In this document: piece after piece, positions 8,427-20,667 of the stretch
Numbering within the stretch: position 1 is the stretch's first letter
Layout: each line of letters opens with the position of its first letter
From: an uncultured Verrucomicrobiae bacterium
GTDB lineage: Bacteria > Verrucomicrobiota > Verrucomicrobiia > Limisphaerales > Palsa-1400
Reading direction: 5' to 3'
NCBI GenBank assembly: GCA_963764165.1
Contig: CAVXRD010000002.1
Span: 2,368,001-2,432,000, forward strand
Length of the DNA: 64,000 nt
Position numbers and translations under genes: made by a program
Notes under the pieces: generated by a model
What the model saw: the letters and a program-made list of their open reading frames with translations, nothing else
What the model was told of the DNA's origin: nothing
Database searches by the model: none

Positions 8427-11400
8427 ATGATTCGCCTCGAAGAAATCGCATCCGGCCTCGCGCTCACGGGACTTGAGCCTGCCGTGATTGGCAGTGTGGT
8501 CGCCGTCGTGCCCATCGCCGAGGGAACGGTGCAGGTGCTTTACAAAACCCCCGACGGGACGCTCAAGGAACGCCTCATCAATCGCGCCGACGAACCAAAC
8601 CTGACGGTTGCGACCACCGAACGCCCGTGGTCATTCAACGGCGATGGCGAGACTTTCAAGCTCGTTGTCGAAGCCAAGCGCATTGACCTCGCCTTTTTGT
8701 TCGATCCCATGATGGCTGTCCACACGTCCAACGTGGAAGCGTTGCCGCACCAGATCACGGCGGTCTATGAATCCATGCTGCCGCGCCAGCCGTTGCGGTT
8801 CGTTCTCGCGGACGACCCCGGCGCGGGCAAGACCATCATGGCGGGCCTTTACATCCGCGAACTCATCATGCGCGCCGATGCCCGCCGCATCGTCATCGTC
8901 GCCCCCGGCAGCCTGGTCGAGCAGTGGCGCGATGAAATGTTTGAGAAATTCGGCCTCGAATTTCGTGTGTTCACGAAAGACTTGGAAGCCGCCACGCCCA
9001 GCGGCAATCCGTTTGAAGACATTGACCATCTCATCGTCCGCCTGGATCAAATGGCGCGCAACGAGGAGCTTCAAGAAAAGCTTTGCGCCGCCGGTTGGGA
9101 TCTCGTCGTGTTCGACGAGGCGCACAAACTCGCCGCGCATTTCTTCGGCAGCAAGCTGGAAAAAACCGGGCGGTTCAAGCTGGCGGAAAAACTCGGCGCT
9201 CACACCCGTCATTTGCTGCTGATGACCGCTACGCCGCATAACGGCAAGGAGGAAGATTTCCAGTTGTTCCTGTCGCTCCTCGACTCCGACCGTTTTTACG
9301 GAAAATTTCGCGATGGCGTGCATAAGGTGGACACCAGCGACCTCATGCGCCGCATGGTGAAGGAGGAACTTGTGAAGTTCGACGGCACGCCGCTCTTTCC
9401 CGAACGGAAAGCTTACACCGTAAATTACAAGTTGTCGGACATTGAAGCCGCGCTTTACGAAGCCGTCACGCAGTATGTCAAAACTGAAATGGGCAAGGCC
9501 GACCAGCTTGGCGGACAGCGTAAAGGCTCCGTTGGTTTTGCGCTGACATCGCTCCAACGCCGTCTCGCATCCAGCCCGGAAGCAATTTTCCAATCCTTGA
9601 AACGCCGTCGCGAACGACTCCAGCGTCGCTTGCGTGAAGAAAACATCGCCAATCGCGGCGGACATATTCTCGCCGAGACGCTCGCACCCGCGCCGCCGCC
9701 GTCTGATTTTGCGGGCGACAATTCCGCCACCAGTCAGGAACTCCCAGAAGTGCCGGATGATGACGACGACTTGACGGCCAACGAGCAGGAGGAATTGGAA
9801 GAATCCCTCGTGGATCGGGCCACCGCCGCCGAAACCATCGCCGAACTGGAGGACGAAATTGATATTTTGATTGGCCTTGAGAATCAGGCTCGCAAAGTTG
9901 TCGCGTCCGGTCAGGATCGTAAGTGGGACGAACTTTCCCGCATCCTTCAGCGCGACTCGCACATGCAGGACGCCGGTGGTCGCCTCAGAAAAATTATCAT
10001 TTTCAGCGAACACCGCGACACGCTCAATTATCTCCACGAGAAAATTGCCGGGGTGCTGGGCAGTCACGATGCCATCGTCACCATTCACGGCGGCACGCAC
10101 CGCGACAAACGCCTGGAAGCGCAGGCGCTTTTCCGTTCCGACCCCGAAATCCGCGTGCTCGTCGCCACCGACGCCGCTGGCGAAGGCGTCAATTTACAGT
10201 GCGCGAACCTGATGGTGAATTACGATTTGCCGTGGAATCCCAACCGCCTTGAACAACGGTTCGGACGCATCCACCGTATCGGCCAACAGGAGGTTTGCCA
10301 TTTGTGGAATCTCGTCGCCAACGAGACGCGCGAAGGCGATGTTTATTTTCGGTTGCTCGAAAAATTGCGCGTCGAAAGCGAGGCGTTGAAAGGCCGCGTG
10401 TTCGACATTCTCGGCGAAGTGTTCGAGGGCAAAAGCCTCAAAGAACTTTTGATCGAAGCCATCCGTTACGGCGACCAGCCGGATGTCCGCGCCCGGTTAC
10501 GAAACAAAATTGACCACAATTTTGACCGCCAGAATTTGCTCGCGTTGCTTGACCGCAATGCGCTCGCTCAGGAAACGCTTGGCCCGGAACGGCTCTTTGC
10601 CGTGAAAGAGGAAATGGAGAAGGCCGAAGCCCGTCGTTTGCAGCCCTATTTCGTCCGCTCCTTTTTTATGAAGGGGTTTGAATCGCTGGGCGGTTCTATC
10701 TACCCGCGCGAACTTAATCGCTTTGAAATTGCCCACGTTCCCGCCGTGTTGCGCGAACGCGACCGGCTCATCACAGGGCGCAACCGTCGCGACCTTGCGC
10801 CGGTGTTGAAACGCTACGAACGGGTTTGTTTCACCAAGGATGCCGTCCGCCCGTTGGAACGCCCCGGCCTTGCATTCGCCAACATGATTCATCCCGGCCA
10901 TCCGGTCATGCTCGCGTTGAGCGACGTGTTGTTGGAACAGCACGCCAATTTGCTCCGGCAAGGCAGCATTCTCATTGACCCGTCCGACGACGGCGAAACG
11001 CCGTCACTTTTGTTCCTGCTTACGCATGAAGTGAAATCCGGCGACGGCCAGGTTATTTCAAAACGCCTGCAATTCGTGCGCGTGCTGCCGGACGGCAGCG
11101 CGACGTTTGCCGGTTGGGCACCGCACCTTGACCTTGAACCGCTCGCCGTTGCTGACCGGCCGTGTGTCACGCAATGGTTGTCTTCCAATGGTGGCCCGTC
11201 CGGCACGGACTGGTTGACGGCTGGACTTGAACAACGCGCTTTGGCACTCGCCGCGTCCACGCTCGTTCCCGAACACTTCGGCGAAATTGCCGGACGCCGC
11301 ATCGCCCATGTGGACAAGACGCTCGCTGCCGTCCACGAGCGTTTGACGACGGAAATCAATTACTGGTCCGACCGCTACATCAAACTTTCGGACGACAAAG

Positions 11401-12026
11401 CCGCCGGTAAAGAAATCGGCCCCAATCTGGATAACGTCCGGCGCACCATTGCCGACCTTGAATCCCGGCTGGAAAGCCGCAAGCGCGAACTCCAATCCAT
11501 GCGGCACGTCACGTCGGCCACGCCGGTAGTATTGAGCGGCGCACTGGTTATTCCCGCCGGTTTGCTTCGCAAATTGCGCGGCGAAACGCCGCCAGCCGAC
11601 GCGACGGCAGCCATGTTTTCAAGTGACCCCGCCGCTCGCGCTCGCATTGAAAAACTCGCGATGGACGCCGTTCGCCGCGTTGAAGAATCACGCGGCTGCC
11701 GTGTCGTGGATGTTTCCGCGCAGAAATGCGGCTGGGATATTACCTCCTACCCGCAGGCCGTGGACGGCAAACACCCGGAAGCCCGGCACATTGAAGTCAA
11801 AGGCCGCGTCAAAGGTGCAGGCACGGTGACGATCACGCGGAACGAAATGCTCTACGCCTTGAACCAGTCTGATAAATTTCTGCTCGCCATCGTGCTTGTC
11901 GGCGAGGGCGACGCCGTGGAAGGCCCGTTTTATTTGCGCAACCCGTTCGACACCGAACCCGGCTGGGGCGTGTCATCGGTTAACTACGAACTCAATGCGT
12001 TACTTGAACGCGCAGAAATACTTTAA
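8427..12026 (+). CDS. SNF2-family helicase with C-terminal DUF3883 nuclease-like domain
   Basis: [43 protein letters not shown]-terminal GWDITS...IEVKG. Confidence 0.93.
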   Translation: MIRLEEIASGLALTGLEPAVIGSVVAVVPIAEGTVQVLYKTPDGTLKERLINRADEPNLTVATTERPWSFNGDGETFKLVVEAKRIDLAFLFDPMMAVHTSNVEALPHQITAVYESMLPRQPLRFVLADDPGAGKTIMAGLYIRELIMRADARRIVIVAPGSLVEQWRDEMFEKFGLEFRVFTKDLEAATPSGNPFEDIDHLIVRLDQMARNEELQEKLCAAGWDLVVFDEAHKLAAHFFGSKLEKTGRFKLAEKLGAHTRHLLLMTATPHNGKEEDFQLFLSLLDSDRFYGKFRDGVHKVDTSDLMRRMVKEELVKFDGTPLFPERKAYTVNYKLSDIEAALYEAVTQYVKTEMGKADQLGGQRKGSVGFALTSLQRRLASSPEAIFQSLKRRRERLQRRLREENIANRGGHILAETLAPAPPPSDFAGDNSATSQELPEVPDDDDDLTANEQEELEESLVDRATAAETIAELEDEIDILIGLENQARKVVASGQDRKWDELSRILQRDSHMQDAGGRLRKIIIFSEHRDTLNYLHEKIAGVLGSHDAIVTIHGGTHRDKRLEAQALFRSDPEIRVLVATDAAGEGVNLQCANLMVNYDLPWNPNRLEQRFGRIHRIGQQEVCHLWNLVANETREGDVYFRLLEKLRVESEALKGRVFDILGEVFEGKSLKELLIEAIRYGDQPDVRARLRNKIDHNFDRQNLLALLDRNALAQETLGPERLFAVKEEMEKAEARRLQPYFVRSFFMKGFESLGGSIYPRELNRFEIAHVPAVLRERDRLITGRNRRDLAPVLKRYERVCFTKDAVRPLERPGLAFANMIHPGHPVMLALSDVLLEQHANLLRQGSILIDPSDDGETPSLLFLLTHEVKSGDGQVISKRLQFVRVLPDGSATFAGWAPHLDLEPLAVADRPCVTQWLSSNGGPSGTDWLTAGLEQRALALAASTLVPEHFGEIAGRRIAHVDKTLAAVHERLTTEINYWSDRYIKLSDDKAAGKEIGPNLDNVRRTIADLESRLESRKRELQSMRHVTSATPVVLSGALVIPAGLLRKLRGETPPADATAAMFSSDPAARARIEKLAMDAVRRVEESRGCRVVDVSAQKCGWDITSYPQAVDGKHPEARHIEVKGRVKGAGTVTITRNEMLYALNQSDKFLLAIVLVGEGDAVEGPFYLRNPFDTEPGWGVSSVNYELNALLERAEIL

Positions 12027-12038
12027 CTCCAGAATAAA

Positions 12039-12551
12039 ATGAACGACCAAGACGTGATCCCAGCTAAAGCTACGAAGCCCGAAGAACAGTCTGATGCAAT
12101 TGTTGTCAGCTTTGGTTCTGAGTGGCAGGAACATCTGAATGCCAAGCGTTTTAGCGTAGTAATCCGAAAGCGGGTTCCAAAATCCGCCTCATTCAAATGG
12201 CTTTATTTCCATATCAATAATCCGGTGAGTGCCATCTGTGCGCGTGCCCCAATTGATAAGATATTTAGCGCCAATCCAAAAGAGGTTATTGCCCTGGCAA
12301 AGAAAATTAATCTGACACCAGCCGAAATATCGTCATATATCGGCAACGATACCACGATGGGATGCTACGCACTGGGAGCCTTCCAGTTTGCTTCAAAACC
12401 AGTCACTTCAGCAACTCTGGCCGAGCGTTTGGCCTATTATCCACCCCAAAGTTTTTTCATACTTTCAGGCGCGGCCAAGGTAATCATTGATCAAATGGCC
12501 GGCTTTTCAAAAAATGATGGTAGTCGTCTGCCGAAATCTAAAACTAAATGA
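12039..12551 (+). CDS. ASCH/PUA-like domain protein
   Basis: IVVSF..EW...L..KR....[17 protein letters not shown] and terminal PPQSF match the ASCH (COG4933-like) pattern; its stop overlaps the MTase start. Confidence 0.68.
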   Translation: MNDQDVIPAKATKPEEQSDAIVVSFGSEWQEHLNAKRFSVVIRKRVPKSASFKWLYFHINNPVSAICARAPIDKIFSANPKEVIALAKKINLTPAEISSYIGNDTTMGCYALGAFQFASKPVTSATLAERLAYYPPQSFFILSGAAKVIIDQMAGFSKNDGSRLPKSKTK

Positions 12552-15433
12552 CGACCTCGATAAAATCCCCACGCAAGTTGATTGAAGTTGCCCTGCCGCT
12601 TGACGCCATCAATGTCGCGGCAGCTCGCGAAAAATCCATTCGCCACGGACACCCATCAACAATGCATTTATGGTGGGCAAGACGTCCATTGGCCGCAGCC
12701 CGAGCGGTAATTTTTGCGCAGATGGTAAATGACCCCGGATACCAGCAGGGCAGTGGTTTCAAATACGGCAGGAACAAGAAGGAGGCAGCTATTGAACGTA
12801 AACGGCTCTTCAAAATTATCGAAGACCTCGTTTTGTGGGAAAACACATCAAATGAGGAGGTGCTTGAACGCGCTCGTGCTGAAATTCGTCGTTCGTGGCG
12901 CGAAGTGTGCGAATTAAACAAGGACCACCCGCAGGCAGCCGAGCTTTTTAATTCAGAAAAATTACCAGCTTTGCATGACCCATTTGCCGGAGGTGGATCT
13001 ATTCCTTTGGAAGCCCAGAGATTGGGTTTAGAAGCTTATGCCACTGACCTAAATCCGGTAGCAGTTTTGATAAATAAGGCTTCTATTGAAATACCACCAA
13101 AGTTCGCCGGCCAACCTCCAATTGGGCCAATGGTCAAAGACGAAAAAGGAAGTAAACTCAACTTAAATAGTGTTTGGCCAAAAGCATCAGGCATTGCAGA
13201 AGATGTTCGCCGCTATGGAGCGTGGATGCGAGAAGAAGCAGAAAAAAAGATCGGCTATATTTACCCTACCATTGAAATTACAAAAAAACTTGCCGAGGAT
13301 AGACCTGATCTCAAAGCGCTTGTTGGACAAAAACTCACGGCGATAGCTTGGCTATGGACTCGCGCAATCAAATGTCCTAATCCGGGTTGTGGTGCAAATA
13401 CGCCAATGCTTGGCTCATTTTGGTTATCAGAAAAACCGGAGCAAAAATGCTATACCAATCCAGAAATAGACCATAAAAACAAATCAGTTCGTTTTAGTAT
13501 TGCGACAAAGGGGGAGCCACGTCTTCGCAATTCTGACCGCACGGGAGCTAGTTGTTTGTTTTGCGAGACATTTTTTGAGAAGGATCAAGTTCGTAATCAA
13601 GCAACAAAATATGGAATCACCGAAATCCCACTGGCAATTGTCGTCGAAGGTCCGAAAGGACAAATATACTTACCTGGCGATTCGGCTCCTATTCCAAATC
13701 TTAAAAGACCGGACGTTGAATTTCTTGAAAAACCTATGACCAATGATCGTCGCTGGTTTTCGCCACCATTATATGGAATGCCCAATTTTTCGGACATCTT
13801 CACCGTAAGACAACTCGTGGCTCTTACTACTTTTTGCAACCTCGTAACATCAGCTAGGGATAAAGTTCTGAAAGATTGTATTTCGTGTGGCATGGTCAAT
13901 GACGGTATCGGACTCGACGAGGGCGGCAATGGAGCAACTGCCTACGCCGATGCAATTGCGACATATTTAGGTTTGGCCGTAGGACGATGCGCGAATTACT
14001 GGTCATCCCTCACACCATGGGGCGGGAATTTTATAGTTCAAACTTTTGGCCGTCAGGCAATCCCAATGGTTTGGGATCACGCGGAAGGAAATCCGTTTTC
14101 AGATTCTACGGGCAATTGGAGTGGCGCTTTAGAATGGATTCAGCGGGTAATCGAAAATGCTTTTCCTGCATCGCGGAAGAGTTTTGCAGCACAGAGCGAT
14201 GCCCAGACACAAACGACGAGTCTTAACAAGGTAGTTTCCACTGATCCTCCCTATTACGACAACATAGGATATGCCGATTTATCCGATTTTTTTTACATTT
14301 GGCTTCGCCACGCATTAAAACCCATTTACCCAAGCCTTTTTGCTACACTTAATGTGCCTAAAGCAGAAGAATTGGTGGCAAGTCCACATCGCCACGGGGG
14401 CGCAAAAAAAGCAGAGGCATTTTTCCTTGATGGCATGACAAAAGCCATTAGCAGACTTCCAACGCAAGCGCATTCAGCATTTCCGGTGACAATTTATTAT
14501 GCTTTCAAACAATCCGAAACAAATAGTAAATCGGAAACATCTTCTACTGGATGGGAAACATTTCTAGAAGCTCTGATTCGAGCTGGCTTTTCGATCACTG
14601 GCACTTGGCCAATGCGAACAGAGAGAGATCAAGGCTTGAAAACTGGCACAAATGCCTTGGCATCTTGTATTATCCTTGTTTGTCGCAAGCGGAATGCTGA
14701 GGCCACGACTGTATCTCGCAGAGAGTATCTAAGAGAATTAAATTGCGTGTTGCCAGAAGCACTTGATGAAATGACCAAAGGATCGGGAGATGAACGGTCG
14801 CCAGTAGCGCCAGTAGATTTGTCTCAAGCCATCATCGGACCAGGAATGGCTGTCTTCTCAAAATACTCCGCCGTCCTAGAAGCCGATGGTTCCTCCATGA
14901 GCGTCCGAACCGCTCTGCAACTTATCAATCGTTTCATTGGCGAGGATGATTTCGACGCCGACACCAGATTCTGCCTGCATTGGTTCGAACAGCACGGCTG
15001 GACCGAAGGAGTTTTTGGCGACGCGGAAACACTGTCGCGCGGCAAAGGCACAAGTGTTGATGGAATGAAAGAGGCGGGCGTTCTCAAAAGTGGCGGCGGC
15101 AAAGTCCGTCTGCTCAAATGGTCGGAATATCCCACAGATTGGGACCCGCGCACCGACAAGCGCACGCCAATATGGGAAGCGCTGCACCAACTCATCCGCG
15201 CCTTCCGGCAAGGCGGCGATTCCGCGTCCGGCGCGTTGCTGGCCGCGCTCGGCGGCAAGGCCGAGGCCGTGCGCCAGTTGGCTTACCGCCTTTACACGCT
15301 TTGCGAACGTCTTGGCCAGGCCGAGGACGCCCGCGCCTATAACGAACTCATCACCAGTTGGACGGGCATCGAATCCGCCGCCGCCACCGCACCCAAACCC
15401 GCAGAGCAGGAATTGCCCGGCTTTCAACGATGA
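12548..15433 (+). CDS. DUF1156 adenine-specific DNA methyltransferase
   Basis: [22 protein letters not shown], motif [11 protein letters not shown], motif IV TDPPYY, Cys pairs CPNPGC/CLFC. Confidence 0.93.
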   Translation: MTTSIKSPRKLIEVALPLDAINVAAAREKSIRHGHPSTMHLWWARRPLAAARAVIFAQMVNDPGYQQGSGFKYGRNKKEAAIERKRLFKIIEDLVLWENTSNEEVLERARAEIRRSWREVCELNKDHPQAAELFNSEKLPALHDPFAGGGSIPLEAQRLGLEAYATDLNPVAVLINKASIEIPPKFAGQPPIGPMVKDEKGSKLNLNSVWPKASGIAEDVRRYGAWMREEAEKKIGYIYPTIEITKKLAEDRPDLKALVGQKLTAIAWLWTRAIKCPNPGCGANTPMLGSFWLSEKPEQKCYTNPEIDHKNKSVRFSIATKGEPRLRNSDRTGASCLFCETFFEKDQVRNQATKYGITEIPLAIVVEGPKGQIYLPGDSAPIPNLKRPDVEFLEKPMTNDRRWFSPPLYGMPNFSDIFTVRQLVALTTFCNLVTSARDKVLKDCISCGMVNDGIGLDEGGNGATAYADAIATYLGLAVGRCANYWSSLTPWGGNFIVQTFGRQAIPMVWDHAEGNPFSDSTGNWSGALEWIQRVIENAFPASRKSFAAQSDAQTQTTSLNKVVSTDPPYYDNIGYADLSDFFYIWLRHALKPIYPSLFATLNVPKAEELVASPHRHGGAKKAEAFFLDGMTKAISRLPTQAHSAFPVTIYYAFKQSETNSKSETSSTGWETFLEALIRAGFSITGTWPMRTERDQGLKTGTNALASCIILVCRKRNAEATTVSRREYLRELNCVLPEALDEMTKGSGDERSPVAPVDLSQAIIGPGMAVFSKYSAVLEADGSSMSVRTALQLINRFIGEDDFDADTRFCLHWFEQHGWTEGVFGDAETLSRGKGTSVDGMKEAGVLKSGGGKVRLLKWSEYPTDWDPRTDKRTPIWEALHQLIRAFRQGGDSASGALLAALGGKAEAVRQLAYRLYTLCERLGQAEDARAYNELITSWTGIESAAATAPKPAEQELPGFQR

Positions 15434-15473
15434 ACTTGCCAAGTTACATGGGGAACCATCCAATCCAACAATT

Positions 15474-16469
15474 ATGAAAATAGTAAAATACCTTCTACCC
15501 GTGCCCATTCTACTGCTTTGCGTATATGGTGCCTATTACTGCCTAAACTCCACCGCAAATGCCGCGAACCTCACCCCCCGCGAGAGCGCTCTGATGAATT
15601 ACCTACTCTGCTTGTTCTCGGTTTTGGCGACATGGTTAGCCTCCCATTATTACGCAATTTACTCAGCTAATGCAACTACAGCGGAGAAGATTGACACGAT
15701 AGCACAGCAGTCAACCGAAAAGATCATGAATCAATCTGCCCAACTCTGGGAGGTTGAGCGGTTCCTAGAAACATCAGTTGAGATTGCCGACAATGAGGAA
15801 AATGAATCGGTGGCAAACAATACGTTTCGCAACCGAATGCAGTCAACAGCCCAGATGATTCGGCTCTTGCGCTCGTCAAACACCACCTTCACAAGCGACT
15901 GGGCCGGAGTAGCCTCCGATAAAGTCCGAAAGAACCTTGAGTCGCAGGTAAAAAAGCAGCAGGAACTTCTGACAATTTATGAAGAGGTGCAAGCTGCGGA
16001 GCCTGAACCCGAAGGTGAGGGAGCAGACCAACGTGAAGACGAACGGACGCGAGAACCAAACCGCAGGCTCCAAGAATTTACAAGAACCCTCCCGGCTGCT
16101 GCCCTACCAACCGCCCAGCCCGCCAAAACCAGAGCCGTAACGACCACGCAGTTCCCGCAACCCGCCACAAATACCTTGGCCCAAGGCGGTGCAATTCTTC
16201 GAGTCCTCAGGCCTGTGGCCAATGTCACTGGTTATCTGCGATTCGTTCCCGCGCTTGAATTGCCAGCGAATGTAACATTAAACCTCGCAGCGTTACCCGA
16301 AGGTGTCCAAGTTGCCCAACTCTCAGCCCATGCGGGTGCGATAACCAGATCAGGTTGTCCTATCCACATCACCAAGAATGGGGGCGGCAAGCTCCCTGTC
16401 GGGGACTACGAAATTCACTACGAGGCTCATCCTGCGCATCCGCCAGCGCCCGAACCACAAGAAGCATAG
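15474..16469 (+). CDS. Unknown protein: two N-terminal TM helices, coiled region, C-terminal beta-rich domain
   Basis: Hydrophobic segments [19 protein letters not shown] and [26 protein letters not shown] at 15474; co-oriented inside the operon. Confidence 0.75.
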   Translation: MKIVKYLLPVPILLLCVYGAYYCLNSTANAANLTPRESALMNYLLCLFSVLATWLASHYYAIYSANATTAEKIDTIAQQSTEKIMNQSAQLWEVERFLETSVEIADNEENESVANNTFRNRMQSTAQMIRLLRSSNTTFTSDWAGVASDKVRKNLESQVKKQQELLTIYEEVQAAEPEPEGEGADQREDERTREPNRRLQEFTRTLPAAALPTAQPAKTRAVTTTQFPQPATNTLAQGGAILRVLRPVANVTGYLRFVPALELPANVTLNLAALPEGVQVAQLSAHAGAITRSGCPIHITKNGGGKLPVGDYEIHYEAHPAHPPAPEPQEA

Positions 16470-16504
16470 GCACTCAACCCTCAATTTCAACTAACCGCCA
16501 CGAT

Positions 16505-19360
16505 ATGAGCCTGAAACCTTGGAGAGAAATCGCCGTGCCGCACTCGGATGTTTTGGAAGGCACGTTTCAACAGTCCGAGTTTGCCGCCGACATCACGGCG
16601 GTTCGCACCGGCAAGGCCACGCCGGAGTATCGGGACGCGGCGCAGTTTTTCGAGCGGACGTTCATCACGGAGGGAATGCGCCTGCTGCTAACCTCCGTTG
16701 CCCGCCGCTTAAATAGTCAGGGCGGCGATCCGGTCATCCAACTTCAAACCGCCTTCGGCGGCGGCAAAACGCACACCATGCTGGCGGTCTATCACCTCGC
16801 CACGCGCACATGCGCCCTGAAAGATTTGCCCGGCATTCCCGCGCTGCTGGATCAGGCCAAACTCATGGACATGCCCAAGGCGCGGGTCGCCGTGCTGGAC
16901 GGCAACCATCACTCTCCCGGCCAGCCGTGGAAACATGGCAAGCAATCCATCCACACGCTTTGGGGCGAACTCGCCTGGCAGCTCGGCGAGTCTGCGGGAG
17001 GCCAAACGGGAGCCGAGGAAGCGTTTGCATTACTAAAAGAGTCGGATGCCAACGGCACATCACCCGGCAAAGAAGTTTTGCAGACGCTCTTGGAAAATCA
17101 TTCGCCGTGCGTCGTGCTGGTGGATGAATTGGTCGCCTACATCCGGCAATTCTCGAATGGCCAAGTCATAAGCGGAGGCACTTACGACAGCAATTTGTCT
17201 TTCGTGCAGGCACTCACGGAAGCGATGAAGCTGGTGCCGAACGCCGTCTTGCTCGGTTCCTTGCCGGAATCCGATGTTGAGGCCGGCAGTCAAAAAGGTG
17301 TCGCCGCATTGCGCGCCCTGGAAAAAACTTTTGGCCGCGTGCAGGCGCTTTGGAAACCCGTCGCCACCGAGGAGGCATTTGAAATCGTGCGCCGCCGGTT
17401 GTTTGAACCCATCGTTGATTTGAAAAACCGCGACGCAGTTTGCCGCGCTTTTTCCGACGCCTACATTTCCGAAGGCTCCAAACTGCCATCCGAAACACAG
17501 GAGGCGCGTTATTTCGACCGGCTCGTGCAGGCGTATCCCATCCACCCAGAAATTTTTGATCGGCTCTACGAAGATTGGTCAACGCTCGACGGATTCCAAC
17601 GCACACGCGGCGTGCTTAAACTCATGGCGAAAGTGATCCACCGACTTTGGAAAGAGCCGAATCATGACTTGATGATTCTCCCCGGCAGCCTGCCGCTTTA
17701 CGACGGCGAGACGCGCAACGAACTCACCTACCACTTGCAAAACGGCTGGGATGCCGTCATTGAAGGCGACGTTGACGGCGAGCGCGCCGAGACGACCGAA
17801 CTGGAATCCAAGGAACCGCGTTTCGGGGCCATCCAAGCCGCCCGTCGCGTGGCGCGCACAATCTTTCTCGGCACCGCGCCGTCAGCCGTGGCGACCAAAT
17901 CCGCCGGCACGCGCGGCCAAGAACGCGCCCGCGTCTTGCTGGGCTGTTTCCAGCCGGGACAGGTATCCTCCACCTATTCCGACGCGCTTAACCGACTCGC
18001 TGACCGGTTCCACTACTTGAACACCACCGGGGACAAGGCGCAGGAGACGACGCGCTTCTGGTTCGACACGCGCGCAAATCTTCGCCGCGAGATGGAGGAC
18101 CGCAAACGCCGATTCAACGACGCGCACGATGTCCGCCCCAAACTTGCCGAGGCATTGCGGAAACTTACCGCTGGAGCCACGTTCTTTGAAGGTGTCCACA
18201 TATTCACTCCGCACGCCGATGTTCCCGATGATACCGGTTTGCGGCTGGTATGCCTGCCGCCAGAGAACTTTTTCAGCCGTGCGGAAACGCGGCTGGCGTT
18301 CGATGAAGTGCTGACGTTCACGCGCAGCAACGGCACTAAGCCGCGCTATCGCGGCAACCGTTTGATTTTTCTCGCGCCGGATCATGCGTCGCTCACGCGG
18401 GTAAATGATTGTGTGCGGACAGCGCTGGCGTGGAAATCCATCGTGGATGACGTCGAGGCCAGCCGCTTGAACATTGACCTTGTCCAAAAGAAACAGGCCG
18501 AGAAGGAACTGAAAACCGCCGAAGAAGTCGTGCCGAAAGCTGCCCGCGAATGTTACCGCTGGCTGCTTTGCCCGTCGCAAGCGTCGTCAACGGCCGCGCA
18601 GGTCAACGTCGAGTTTTTCCCGCTGAATACCAGCGGCGCGGCACTTGGCGCGGAAATTGAGCGCGTCAGCTTGGATCAAGAATTGGTCATCGGCACCTGG
18701 TCGCCCATTCACCTGCGCGACCGGCTGAAAGAACTTTATTGGAAAGAAAATAAATCCGCCGCGTCAGCGATGGCCTTTTGGGAAGATACGTTGCGCTATC
18801 TTTATTTGCCGCGCTTGAAAAATCGCGGCGTACTGGAGCAAGCCATCGTTAAAGGTGCGGGCACCCGCGACTTTTTCGGCACCGCCTACGGCGAACACGA
18901 TGGCAAGTTTGACGGATTCAAGTTCGGCGACGCCAATGTGCAGCTCGACGACACACTGTTGCTCATCGAGCCGCCGGCTGCCACCAGCTACGCCGTCAGC
19001 ATCCAGCCGCAACTGGCCAAGCCAGCCACCGGCGGCAGCACGCCGGATTTGCCGACGGCCACGCCACCAGCCAAGGGAACCACCGGCACGCCCGGCCAAC
19101 TTCCCGGCATGGAAGGCACCCACTCGCCCAAGCCGCAATCATTCCACGGCAACGTCACGGTCAACGCCGCCACCGCGAAAATGCGCCTCGTCCAAATCGC
19201 CGAGGAAATCATCGCCGTCCTCGTCGCCGACCCCAACGCGGAGGTGAAAGTCAGCGTTGAGATTCAGGCCACCTTCCCGAACGGTGCAAAAGACCAGACC
19301 AAACGTGCCGTCTCCGAGAACACCAAAACCCTCGGCTTCAAAAACGCCGACTGGGAGTAA
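16505..19360 (+). CDS. DUF499 AAA+ ATPase
   Basis: [14 protein letters not shown], Walker [12 protein letters not shown], Walker [17 protein letters not shown]. Confidence 0.93.
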   Translation: MSLKPWREIAVPHSDVLEGTFQQSEFAADITAVRTGKATPEYRDAAQFFERTFITEGMRLLLTSVARRLNSQGGDPVIQLQTAFGGGKTHTMLAVYHLATRTCALKDLPGIPALLDQAKLMDMPKARVAVLDGNHHSPGQPWKHGKQSIHTLWGELAWQLGESAGGQTGAEEAFALLKESDANGTSPGKEVLQTLLENHSPCVVLVDELVAYIRQFSNGQVISGGTYDSNLSFVQALTEAMKLVPNAVLLGSLPESDVEAGSQKGVAALRALEKTFGRVQALWKPVATEEAFEIVRRRLFEPIVDLKNRDAVCRAFSDAYISEGSKLPSETQEARYFDRLVQAYPIHPEIFDRLYEDWSTLDGFQRTRGVLKLMAKVIHRLWKEPNHDLMILPGSLPLYDGETRNELTYHLQNGWDAVIEGDVDGERAETTELESKEPRFGAIQAARRVARTIFLGTAPSAVATKSAGTRGQERARVLLGCFQPGQVSSTYSDALNRLADRFHYLNTTGDKAQETTRFWFDTRANLRREMEDRKRRFNDAHDVRPKLAEALRKLTAGATFFEGVHIFTPHADVPDDTGLRLVCLPPENFFSRAETRLAFDEVLTFTRSNGTKPRYRGNRLIFLAPDHASLTRVNDCVRTALAWKSIVDDVEASRLNIDLVQKKQAEKELKTAEEVVPKAARECYRWLLCPSQASSTAAQVNVEFFPLNTSGAALGAEIERVSLDQELVIGTWSPIHLRDRLKELYWKENKSAASAMAFWEDTLRYLYLPRLKNRGVLEQAIVKGAGTRDFFGTAYGEHDGKFDGFKFGDANVQLDDTLLLIEPPAATSYAVSIQPQLAKPATGGSTPDLPTATPPAKGTTGTPGQLPGMEGTHSPKPQSFHGNVTVNAATAKMRLVQIAEEIIAVLVADPNAEVKVSVEIQATFPNGAKDQTKRAVSENTKTLGFKNADWE

Positions 19361-19394
19361 CTATTTATTCTAGGCCTGTTCACTTCACCCACCC

Positions 19395-19760
19395 CACAAG
19401 CGCGAGCGCACATTGCAATCCGAAGTTCCCGAAATCATTTTGCGCTTTGCCATCCCGGCTGACGAGGATGACGAGCGGCGATTGCATGGCCGGTTTGACC
19501 CGCAACGCAAGCGCGGGGAATGGTTCTTTCTGACGGCGGACGAGCTGCTGTGGATCGTTTCGTTTCTCAAAAAGCGAGGAGATACTTCCCGTGTCACGGC
19601 GGATTACGAATGGCTGGGTAAAATCACCTTCCAATATCCGCCAAGGGCGAAGGCGAATAGGCGAGAGGTTTTATGGTCAAGGCAACCCATCCAACAGCAG
19701 AGTTCTTATGAGCCTGAAAGGTATGTGCTACAAGGCTGGGCGCTACGCGCGGCGCAGTGA
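19395..19760 (+). pseudogene. N-truncated T5orf172/GIY-YIG-like nuclease remnant
   Basis: KRERTLQSEVP...ERRLHGRF...RGEWF motif; an in-frame stop at 19371 removes the N-terminal part. Confidence 0.6.
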
Positions 19761-20247
19761 TCCTTACCGCCGCGAGTATTATTCCACCTACCAGCGCCAC
19801 CCTGGACAATCACGAACGCCAGCGCCCGGGCCGGACGTTTCGCCAGTTGGCGGCTGCGGAGTCGCCATTTTCGTGCTCGGCGGATTGTTCGCGCTCGCGT
19901 GCCCTCCACTTGGCGTCATCTTCATTTTGGTAGGCGGTCTTGTCGCCAGCGGTTCCGCCGTCGCATCCAATCGGCGCGAGCAATCTCCTGCCACTACGCC
20001 CCCATTGCCGCCCACACCCGCCGCAATTCAGCCAGACGAAAAGAACCGAGCGCGATTGATCTTTCTACCGCTCCCGCCGCGAATCGGGAAGCCGGTCAAG
20101 CCAGAATACACGAAGTGCTCGTGCGGTTGCTGCGACCAGGTTTTGGAATACAACGCCGAGTGCTGCGGAAGGACCGTTACATGCCCTGCCTGTCAGCAAC
20201 AGATCGTGTTGCCGCGCGCAGACCCCACGAATGAGAATGAAACGTGA
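19708..20247 (+). CDS. Membrane protein with C-terminal Zn ribbon
   Basis: Two hydrophobic segments followed by CSCGCC...CPAC. Confidence 0.65.
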   Translation: MSLKGMCYKAGRYARRSDPYRREYYSTYQRHPGQSRTPAPGPDVSPVGGCGVAIFVLGGLFALACPPLGVIFILVGGLVASGSAVASNRREQSPATTPPLPPTPAAIQPDEKNRARLIFLPLPPRIGKPVKPEYTKCSCGCCDQVLEYNAECCGRTVTCPACQQQIVLPRADPTNENET

Positions 20248-20397
20248 GCGGTGTTCTCCATCCCCCGGTCTTCATTCCAGCGCGATGCCCGCGCCAAAAC
20301 CCCCGCCCCGGTCTGGCTCGCAAGACCAGTGTTCTCCTGGTGCAAGTTCGTCGGTCTTGTCCGCAACTCCGGCAATCTGACAGATCGAGACAAATTC

Positions 20398-20430
20398 GTG
20401 TGGCACTGATTGCGACATTAATTGCGACAC
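20398..20430 (+). repeat. Putative integrase arm-type sites, right end
   Basis: GTGTGGCAC (20398), TTGCGACAT (20410), TTGCGACAC (20422): 12-bp period. Confidence 0.65.
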
Positions 20431-20552
20431 TACGCCCATTTTTCAGAAGGGCGTTGCAAATACGCCAAAAAGTGAGTTTTAGCCTGTAAACACAAGGGGT
20501 TAGCGATGGTTTAAGCAATCAGAAGAAAGCCCTTGAAATTGGCAAAACCAGA

Positions 20553-20591
20553 ATTTTAAGTCCTGTGCGTCTGCCATTTCGCCACTCCGGC
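20553..20591 (-). repeat. att core: copy of the tRNA-Leu 5' half
   Basis: Identical to 750-788. Confidence 0.95.
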
Positions 20592-20667
20592 AACCTGCTT
20601 TATTTTAACGACTTACATCTGTCATATATAGTCGCAATTTTTGCTTTGTATCCCATAGTTTTTGATC

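Larger units (their letters stand above)
750..20591. mobile_element. Integrative genomic island 1 (~19.8 kb) inserted in tRNA-Leu
   Basis: Perfect 39-bp direct repeat ATTTTAAGTCCTGTGCGTCTGCCATTTCGCCACTCCGGC at 750-788 and 20553-20591; integrase next to the left copy. Confidence 0.93.

Noticed and set aside
8631..10100. 489-aa antisense ORF
   Set aside because: Mirror of the helicase codon bias in GC-rich DNA; no motifs.
15090..15473. N-terminal extension of the 459-aa ORF
   Set aside because: Shadow frame of the MTase 3' end; the hydrophobic protein starts at 15474.
8219..19360. Canonical BREX or DISARM
   Set aside because: No PglZ, BrxL or DrmA/DrmB-type genes are seen.
20177..20518. Cys-containing minus-strand ORF near the right att
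   Set aside because: It overlaps the arm-site region and has no convincing domain pattern.
20553..20591. Additional tRNA genes here and at 31789
   Set aside because: Only the 5' half is present; there is no T-arm or acceptor 3' strand.
870..20591. Prophage or conjugative element
   Set aside because: No structural, terminase, relaxase or T4SS genes.
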